From Candidatus Hydrothermarchaeum profundi (GTDB lineage: Archaea; Hydrothermarchaeota; Hydrothermarchaeia; Hydrothermarchaeales; Hydrothermarchaeaceae): a stretch of DNA of 64,000 nt. The notes under the pieces were generated by a model. That model did not search any database. It was not told the origin of the DNA and saw only the letters and a program-made list of their open reading frames with translations. Below are positions 10,312 through 20,400 of the stretch, one piece after another; position 1 is the first letter of the stretch; each line of letters begins with the position of its first letter. Both the position numbers and the translations under genes were made by a program. The stretch spans positions 904,989 to 968,988 of the forward strand of contig MTMF02000009.1 of NCBI GenBank assembly GCA_002011125.2, in the 5' to 3' direction.

Positions 10312-10390
10312 TACTTTAGGGTGGTAGGGTCCTTCTTGAAACCCGCTTGAGGGATAGTAGTAAGGAGAGGAGTTGCCACCCTAATAGGTA
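10312..10390 (+). ncRNA. Putative structured RNA or 5' leader hairpin of unknown family
   Basis: TTAGGGTGGTAG (10316-10327) pairs with TTGCCACCCTAA (10373-10384) with two G-U pairs; inner TCCTTCTT/AAGGAGAGGA and CCC/GGG stems; GC-rich island in an AT-rich spacer. Confidence 0.4.
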
Positions 10391-10483
10391 TGAGGCCGTC
10401 CAATGAAGGAGAGGAGCAATTTATTAGGCATTTGGACAATTTCACCAAGAGCTTTTAAGGAATTCTATTCAAACCTCCTAGAG

Positions 10484-10499
10484 TATATATGCATATATA
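10484..10499. promoter_or_regulatory. Perfect 16-bp palindrome, candidate operator or TATA element of the cytochrome operon
   Basis: TATATATGCATATATA is its own reverse complement and lies 57 nt before ATG 10556. Confidence 0.35.
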
Positions 10500-10555
10500 G
10501 AATATTTCCCGAATCTATAAGCCCATGTAGGAACTTAGTATACTATGGAGAGCGA

Positions 10556-11476
10556 ATGATAATAAGAAGGGCGGTAGAATTTATAGTATTATCCATATTT
10601 ATTTTATCCTCAGTAAACATAGTTTTCGCTGATGTCTTCATAGAGTCTCAGGGTCCAGGAGGCTACGGCTGGCAGCAGCTTTTCTATAATACTACTTCTC
10701 CATATAACTTTTACAGGCTGACAGCTTCTGCAGATAGACAATACTACGATTATGGTTATAAGAGCATACAGATATATGCTCGCCAAGAAGACTATTGGTC
10801 TCAGGATAGCGGGTGGTGGTATGTTACAAACCCTACTATTAGTTCCATTAAAATATACGATAATGGATCTGGATTGGTATATTCAAAGACCAGCGGATTT
10901 ACTGTGACAAATGCAACGGTTTACATAACTTATAACTGGGGGACAAATATCAGCGGAACAGAGAAGCCTGGTACTTGGACGGTTAATGTTAGTGACGGCA
11001 CACAGACAGCGACTTTTTACATTTTCGTGAGAGGGCAATTGAATGTCACATCCATAACAACCAGCGCTAGTCCTACGGCTAATAGCCCCGTGACAGTATA
11101 TGCTACAATAAAGGATGCAAGAAGCGGCATTGAAGTGACAAGCGGGATTACCCCAGTGCTCTATGTTACAGGTGGTACAGGATACACTTATAGTACAACG
11201 ATGTCCTACAGTGGGGGGTATTGGAACGCACAGTTTACTCCGCCTTCCCCGGGAGACTATAAGATTATAGTTAAGGCCTCTGACGGTCATAATAAGTGGG
11301 TGGATGGGAGGGGAAGTAAGGACATCTCGGTTGGAGGTGCATTCCCTGCTAGCATGATTGGAGGTAACTCGCTACTCAGGTTAGCGATTTTAATTGCTTT
11401 GATTTTAGGATTTGGAGTGAATAATAGCGTAAGAAGGAGGTTTCTCTACCTATTGAAGGAAAGGAGAGGTAAATGA
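10556..11476 (+). CDS. Secreted Ig-like protein with C-terminal TM anchor; partner of the giant cytochrome
   Basis: GGAG SD before ATG 10556; signal peptide (..VNIVFA), beta-rich domains, TM LAILIALILGFGV plus basic tail; paralogous to the N-terminus of 31636..37743. Confidence 0.8.
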   Translation: MIIRRAVEFIVLSIFILSSVNIVFADVFIESQGPGGYGWQQLFYNTTSPYNFYRLTASADRQYYDYGYKSIQIYARQEDYWSQDSGWWYVTNPTISSIKIYDNGSGLVYSKTSGFTVTNATVYITYNWGTNISGTEKPGTWTVNVSDGTQTATFYIFVRGQLNVTSITTSASPTANSPVTVYATIKDARSGIEVTSGITPVLYVTGGTGYTYSTTMSYSGGYWNAQFTPPSPGDYKIIVKASDGHNKWVDGRGSKDISVGGAFPASMIGGNSLLRLAILIALILGFGVNNSVRRRFLYLLKERRGK

Positions 11477-14400
11477 AGGGCTGCAGTTCAACAAGACTAT
11501 GCATTGCAGTGCTAGTAGGTATCTTGGCATTATTAGTACTCTCGCCTACAGCAACCGCTTCGGTAGCGACTTCAGGAAGGTACAATCTTTCTAGACCCAC
11601 TAATCTTGAGATAGAACCAAATCCTACTCCTAGTTGCTCTCAAGGTAATGGCGTGTCTGCTACATGTCACTTGCTTAATGCGACTTTCCCGGCGAGCAAA
11701 GCAGGAACTGCTAGAGATGGCTCCATAACAAGTACTTGGGATCATAAAACTTGGTTCAATCTCGGCGATGGGGCTACCCGAGGGGATACTTCTATTGCGC
11801 ATCCTGGTGCCGAGCGGGGGCCTGCTTCAATGTTTCCTCTATGGGTACACCAGCAACATGGTTTGGGTAATTGGCCTACGTGGAATCTGAATCCTAATTA
11901 TCCTGTTAACTACACAGTTGACCCTAATTGGATTAATTCGTCATTATATTCTGCAAGTGCAGCCCCTGGCAAAAGAGATCAAGACGTAGGAGACAATATA
12001 GGTAATGACCAGGGGAATAGGAGATTTCCAGCGCAAGCTGAAAATAACGTGGGACCATATTGGGGGAAGAAAATAAAGGGCGATTCCATAATAATGTCTG
12101 GTGAGGACCCAAATCAAATCTTAGCATTAGCTTTCATAGCTTATCCAACTGCTGACAAAGACCGTACTCCAGCAGGCCTACCTTCCTGTACCTACGGGAG
12201 TCAGGGGAATTCTTATGAAAACACAACCGATACCGTTGGATGTCACGGGATCTATGAGCCTTACAAGGCGAAAGCGGACAATTATCGCTCAGACGAGCCA
12301 GCTTGTACGAAGTGTCATACCACGATAACGTCTGGCGCAGTAACCAGCACTAACAGCAAGCATGGATCAGCTACTAATGCCCAGTTCTGTAGGGACTGTC
12401 ATAAGAATGCCTCTCAATCTCCAACAGCGGATAAGCTTGCAGATAATACCGTTACTGGTACAACAGGGTTTATACCCATGGTCAGAGAATGTTGGGAATG
12501 CCACTCAGGTACAAAACTTGGGGCTTCTGGAGTTAATACAACTTTCGCCCACTCTGGTAAAGACTGCCGCTATTGTCATGGTCACGGACATAACATAACA
12601 AGGCAACTTAACTGGAACACAACTTGTGGAAATAACGATGACATTTGCCATGGTAGCGGATCTACAAAGCCTCAGACTACTTTAGTTACCCACAATAAAA
12701 CCGGTAGCTCTACGCCTAGCCCAACTTGCTTTAATTGTCATGGGTCATCCACCGCCCATAATATAACGATACCGGGGTGCAATAAATGTCATAACTCTAC
12801 CTCAACATGGGGCGCAGCTAGAATAAATGGAACAGGTGCAATACCGGCCTGGGATTCTTCGAATGCTATTTATCATGGGGGGGCAGATAAAAAGTGTAGT
12901 GACTGTCATCAAAGCTCTCCCCACTCTAGGCCGGTGAAAAGAGAGTCATGCGGGATTGATAATAGTAGTTGTCATGGTAGCGGTGCAACCAAGGTTATAA
13001 CTCAGACGCATTCTAATCTTAGTTGTACAGATTGCCACAACAATAACACGATAAAGAGCTATTCCGGAAATCTACAAACCATTAACACTAATTTCCACGC
13101 TACTGAGCGTAGCACATCTGGAGCTAATATGACTCCTTTCAATATCTCTTCACCAATTCAAAAATCTGACTGTACTAAGTGTCATGATAATAGCAGCTAT
13201 ATAGACCCAAGCCTAAGTTGTGATAGTTGTCATACAGATACATCTCAAGGCAAGTTCACTGTCCACAGCAGCGACATGGAGGTGGCTTCTAGAGAACAGG
13301 GCAAGTTGGGTGATGGGAGACATGATGCAGGGGGACCTAATTGTACGCAGTGTCATTGGACGGGCAGCAATGAGAATAGGCCAGATGTTAACATCACAGT
13401 CTTTAACCAGTCTATACATCGATGGATAAACAACGCTAGCGAGCCAGGAATAGATGAGAACGAATCCATCAATAGGGCTTGTAGAGGATGTCACGTTACA
13501 AATGGAGAAGCAAGTCATCACAACAGGTATACTTACTGTTGGGATTGCCACAATGGTACTGCAATGTATAGTAATGTCAGTAATGCCCCAGCTGTGAGAG
13601 AGCACTATAATAACGCTTCAGAACTTAATATCTCCCTATTAAGCGGTGATATAAATTCTTCATGTGTAACATGCCATAATAAAACGGAAATGCTTCTCGA
13701 CTTCTGGGAAAATGCTACGACCACTAAAGGTAGGAATACCTCCTTTTATAATGTCTCGCATTATGGAAAGAAGAGGACCGACTTGAGGTATATCGAGAAC
13801 GGTAAAAATGTCACTTACTGTATATATTGCCATCAGAACTCCAGTACTGCATTTTCAGATGTCATGCAGAATACAGAGCATATCTCTATGTCTAATCACT
13901 CACCAAGGATGGGGGCTCCAACATGTTCTAATGAAACCTGCCATAATCAAGGTAGAATCCACGATGTCTCTCTAACCAAGCCTCAATTTAATGCCACCCT
14001 ATGTAGAACCTGCCATACAGACAGATATAATCATAGTGGCTCTAAACCAACTGGAGGTGTTAATTGTACTGAATGCCACACCAACACCTCTAAGGGAGGA
14101 TGGGATATTCACGGTATTAATGGCACCTATCTTCAGAACACAGGTAATACATATGGTCCTAATACTACCGCTGTTAACTGCTCCACCTGTCATCAGACCG
14201 ATACTCCTCCATCATTAATTAATACGCCACCGAGGATTCCTTCACCTTTGAATCACTCTAATAATGAGTCTGCTGGGCAGCTTTGGGGTGACTACTGGAA
14301 TGATACAGACTCTGTATTGAGTAATGACTCGTGCTATTATTGTCATGGAGATACCAAGCATAATGCCACTGGACTTGGAAATGTTTCCATAATCACAGGC

Positions 14401-17400
14401 ACAGTTAATGGGAGCATAAACTCTACCTCGCAGTGGTGTCGTTCTTGCCATTATAATGATAGCACCTCTATTTATAAAGGAAATAACTTCTCGCCACGTC
14501 CTCCTGAGATAACAAACGACACAGGCGAATTCTACAATAAGGCCCCATCCAAATATTATAATCACTCATTCACAGACACTTATAATGATACTAAATGCGA
14601 TGACTGTCATGCGCCATCTCCTACGCCTACAAATATTACTGCCTTCATGCATAATGTGCAGATCGGGGTGGCAGGAGGACGGAATTGCACAAACTGTCAT
14701 GATATAGGAGGCTCAGCTCCCAAACACATTAATGTATCCGCTTTCAACAGGAGCATCCATGCCAATCTAAACAACAATACTGATCCGGGTTCAGGGATTC
14801 CCAATGTAACTACCGCATGTTGGGCGTGCCATGGAGACGGCACAGATCCTGGAAACAGTCATCCAAGCAACTATAAGAATCCATATACCTGCTCTGATTG
14901 CCATGTACAAGGAGGAGCAAATTATGGGAAGTATCCGAACGCTAAGAACGTATCAGAGCATTATAATAATGGAGCAGATGTCAACGTTTCTAAGTTAACA
15001 GGAGATGTAGACTCCTCCTGTGCCTATTGCCATTATGGGAAGTCAGAGATGCTTCTATCAGCCAGCGAAATAAATGATCCAGATACCGTATCATGGTCCA
15101 TTTACTCAGGCTATAATGGTGGCAATAATAGTGCATCACATTATGGAAAGAAAAGATTCGTGAGCGGAGACGGGCTTTATACGGCGGGCGGATACACTAA
15201 CTGCTCATATTGTCATCAAAATACTGCGACCAACTTCGCAGACGCTATGGAAAACCTCAATAATATTAACCTTTATAACCACACCAATAGGACGGGGGGA
15301 CCATATTGCACGAACTCTACTTGTCATGGTTCCGGTAGGATACATGATGCTATCCTAACAAAACCCTACCTCAACTCTACTCATCAGTCTGGCGGCATGT
15401 ATAATAGTACTCTCTGTATCAGCTGTCACGCTAACAGAAGAGTGCATGCGGATGCTGGAGATATAAATGCTAATACGCTGGAGTGTGCATCTTGTCATGC
15501 TAATCCCACCGCCTACTCTGCGTCAGGCGGTGGAGCAGGGTATTTCAGTATTTCATATGATAGGGTGGTCATGAGAGATACTGATGGTTCGTATAGTGGT
15601 AACGGCTCGCCCTCAGAAGCTATGGTCGGTGACCCTGCAAGTGCCAAAATATCATCTAATATTGAGCCAACTGTTAAAACAGGAGGTTTATTAGATAAAA
15701 TAGGTAAATGGTTCTCTTCGGGCATCAACTCAGCTAAAGCTCTATTAGATAACATTGAGAAAGAGCTATTCAAACCATCAATAGAAATAGTAAACCCTGA
15801 ATCAAGACCTCGATTAGGTGGCGAGTGGGAGGTCTATTTCAAGACTAAGGGTTCAGGGGTGCTAGAAATACGAGATCATTCTTTCCCAGAGGAAGTGGGC
15901 TTCATAGCCCTGCTCTATAAGAAAATAGGAGATCAATGGATACCCGTGCCAATTGAAATATCTGGCGACCTTATTAGAGCCCAATGGAATCACGGTGAAG
16001 GTAAAGCCATCTTCAAGCCCCTCACCACAGGCAAGCACACGGTTGAGTTAAAATTTGGGAATTACGCCTATGCATATAACTATGTAGAACCTGAAGTAAA
16101 CTTTGATAGGCGCTTAGAAGGCCTGAAGACAGGGCAGCATAAAGTGCCACCTACTACTGAAATAGAAATTACAATAACAGCGACAGTTTCCAGCACGGTA
16201 GAAAATGCAATTCTTAGAGACTATGTGCCAAAAGACTTCACTATTATAAAGACTTATGGAGGCACGATAAAGGAGTATAATTCTGAGTACAATGTCATAG
16301 AATGGGAGGTTGGCACGGTAAATAAAAGCATTTCTAAGAAATATACTGTATACTCTCCTGAGAGAACTATACCTCCAACTAAGTACTATTTCTACTCTGA
16401 GCTGAGTCACGACGGGGGGAGCAGGACTAGTGATAAGTGGAGAGTAACTGTGGCTGATCCTAACACTTTGATTATAAGACCAAATGCAGATGGAACGTTA
16501 AACGACTGGAGTATAGGAGGCACTTCACCACCAGCAAACAGGTGGGAGGCCGTAGATGAAACAACACAAAATGATGACACCGACTATGTCTATGCGACAT
16601 CTCAGAATCTTGATCAGTTCTTCAATCTTCAGGATCACACTACAGAAACCGGAACTATAGACAATGTAACCGTGTATATTTACGCCAAACAAACGACTGG
16701 TAATGAGTACCTCCAGGTATGTATATGGGATAATACATACTGTCAGAATACTCCTACAATATCCACTTCTTATACTCTCTATAGCTATAGTTGGACGACT
16801 GATCCTTCAGATAGCCTAGCATGGACTTGGAGTGATATAGATGCTCTAGAAGCAGGGGTGAGGAGTAAAAATTCTGGAGGCTGGGGTGGAGAAATAAGGG
16901 TTACTCAACTCTATGTGGAGATATCATATACTCCTGCTGCCGCAGACAATCCACCCACATGGAGAAACCAGATGCAAAATGTTTCAACTATAAATGTCAG
17001 TGGCGCGGTTAATCTCTCGGCCCAAGGAAATGATGATAATGGCTTGTGGCAAGCTTATCTCGAAACAAATGAATCAGGAGGAACATGGGCTAACATAACC
17101 GATGGCACCTATGGTTCTCCGATTACTCTTAATAATGTAACAAGCTGGACTTGGACTAACTTTACATGGAGCAATTCTTCAATAGGACCCGGTACGAGTA
17201 TTGGCTGGAGGATATGGTATAAGGATAATGCTACTACGCCGCAGTGGAATGTCACAGATATTATGACTTTTGATGTTGTTGATGAGGTTCCGCCAGTGAT
17301 AACGTCCAAGTCTATAAACGAGAGCGGATCAGTAACTGTTGACACCTATGTGTGCATTAACACCACGGTTACAGATAACTGGCAATTAGATAAGGTCTGG

Positions 17401-20400
17401 TCTGTTTTAACTTATCCCAACGGAACAACAGAAAACGTAAGCTTAGCTAATACAGGAGTGCCATGCGCAAGCGGAGATACCTATGGTGCGGAAGTAAATG
17501 TGGGTTCAACTCAAGGGACCTTCTACTTTAATGCCAGTTATGCGAATGATACCTCAGGTAACATCGGGAGTAATACCACCGTACAGAGCTTAACAGTGAC
17601 TTCAGTTGATAATACTCCACCTTATAACATCTCCTTCATACCCCCCACACCTGATAATGCTACAACGTTACCCTCTACTCAAAATTGGACGACTATTAAC
17701 GTAACGGTTGAGGATGCCTCTAGCAGCATTGACACATGCCTGCTCGAATGGAATGGAACCAACGAGTCTATGACGATAGATGGCAGCGGCCTCTCCGTAT
17801 ACTGCTGGAGTAATAAAACCGACCTCTCAAATGGTGTCTATGGCTACCGTGTTTACGCTAATGACTCCTCCGGAAATATAAACGTTAGCGAGTACCGTGA
17901 GGTCACTATAGCTTACACTCCTACCTATAAGCAGATATACCGTTACTATGTCAAATTTGATATCTCAAGCATACCCCAAGGCGCCACCGTTAACGCAGCA
18001 AATCTCACAGTCAATGTCACTAGAGCAGCATCTGGGGCGATAGGTGTTGTAAATAGAACCACAGGGGACTACGACAGTACATCAGGGAACGACACGGTAT
18101 GGGCTGATAGCTCAGGAACAAAGAGCAGTGGAGGAACATTCGATGCAAGTACCACGGGTCTCAAAAACATCACAATCACTGAGGCAGTTCAGGCCGCTGT
18201 AAATGAGGGCGAAGGTTTCGTGGCTTTTGTGATAACAGAACTAAACGAAGACGCAGATCAAAACTTCACCATTGCTGGAAGCCAGAGCGGTTGGCCAAAA
18301 CTCTACATAAACTACTCAACTAATCCTCAAAAGCAAATCCACGGTATAAGATACATAAGAAAAGATGGCACCTATTCTACTCCCTATGACAGTTCCAATG
18401 TAGCCAACTGTACTTCTTGCCATCAAGGAAACATAGCAAGTGTAAATGGAACAAGTACGCCGCAGATTCCCTCTTCTATTACCCATAGTAATGGAAGCAA
18501 GTGGAATACTTCTCCAGGATACTGGGATGCAACCAACAATCTCTCAGCATGCCTCTACTGCCACGGGAATACGACTCATAACGATACAGCCCTAGGCAAC
18601 GCTAGTCAGGGCCTAGTTGATACTAATTATGTCAATGGAAGCATAAATACAACCAGCTACTGGTGCTCTGGCTGCCATAGAGAAGATTATGCTAACTATT
18701 ACGGCGATACTCTCTATCCAATCCCGCCCACCATAAATGCTTCAGGAAATTACTATCCGTCATCAGGAAGCCCAATAGATCACACAGGCTTCATTGCATC
18801 AGATAGCTCGGATTCAAAGTGCTTTGAATGTCATAAAGGCTCTTTGACTGGGGACCCGAAAATAGATGTCTTTTTGCACAAGGTCTCGGAAGGCAGGGCT
18901 GGAGGAGAGAACTGCACAACCTGCCACGATCTAGGGGGATCTGCTCCTAGCTTGCTAAACATATCAGCATTTAGAGAAGGAGTTCACGCTGGACTTAATA
19001 ATTATTCCAGCGATCTCGGTCCAAACAGTGGTTCTTCAGCAGATACCATCAACTATGCCTGCTGGGCCTGCCATGGTAATGGCTCGTCTCCTGGAAGCCA
19101 GCATCCGTCGAACTATAAGAGCCCATATAACTGCACCTCCTGTCACCTCGAGTCAGGGAGCAGGGCAGGTGTCTTCTATGGAGCTAGAAATGTCACTGAG
19201 CATTTCAAGGAAGGTGAAGACATACAAGCAGCAACATCTTATCCAAACAATATTACCTCTTGCCTATCATGCCACAACAAATCAGAGATGATATTATACA
19301 ATGGTAACGTAGGTGACCCTGATTTTGGAGGATTTAGTGATACAGATGGGGATGGAGTAGTAGGCGGAAACTACAGCTTCTATCACTACGGAAAGAACAG
19401 AACCTCTGACTTGGTGGTTAATGGCTACACAAACTGCTCGTATTGTCATCAAGATGCGAGCGATAGCTTTGGAGCGCCTGACGTTACAGAACATACTGAA
19501 GTGGGAGTGAACGTTTCAGTAACTAAAACCTGCGTCAACTCTGACTGCCACAATAGCGGCAGGATTCATGATGCTACGTTAAAGATTAGAACGGATATTG
19601 CACCCTGGACATCCGGCGCAAACGACAGGTGCGCTCCCTGTCATAACTCTACTGGTCCAGGTTCTTCCATTGTAATTTATAATCATACGTCCTCTGTTTC
19701 AGGCATCACCGATTGCTCCTATTGCCATGACAGTAACGCTAAGGGCAGTGGAGGATCGTATCTCATACTTCACAACTCTAGCCTACAGCAACCCTACGAT
19801 TCTAGCTCTTACCAGTGTAGCAACTGCCATCAAAACGCCGAAGACGATTATAACGCAAGAGATATATATGCTCACTCAAATAGCAGCTCTTCCACGCTGA
19901 ATGTAAACGGCTCAGACTGTGGGCGTTGCCATAAGACCGATTATTCTGCATTTACAGCGGGGGATAATCTCCATAACTCTACCCTAATAAAGCCTTCAGA
20001 GACCCAATGCACAGAATGTCATCAGAGTGCTAGTGACAGCGTATCAGCGGTAGATGTATATGAGCATACTACAGCGGCAGCTGCTAATGGACGTGATATT
20101 AACATAAGTAGAGAATGTACTGATAGTGGTTGTCATTGGAATGGCACAGGCAGTACGCCTACAATGCTTCACAACGACACTCTCGAGGTAAAGACAATAT
20201 ACGAGTTTAATCCATCTAATAGCGACGTAGACAGATGTGCTCCTTGCCATAACTCTTCAAGCAGCTGGTCTACGATAAATGTTACAGATCATACCCCAAG
20301 GGCAACGGGTCCAAGCTGCGTTAACTCAACATGCCACAGTGGTCAAAAGTTGCATACAGATTCCATTAAAAAACCGGCTACTATGTTCAATGATAGCCTA

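Noticed and set aside
10341-10360. Archaeal SECIS element (GAAA-CCC..GGG-A)
   Set aside because: Only a partial resemblance, and no in-frame TGA selenoprotein candidate nearby; kept as an unknown structure.
10403-10555. Upstream extensions in the ORF track (10403, 1833, 37637, 10056, 61717)
   Set aside because: Downstream ATGs fit SD, signal peptide or family start better.
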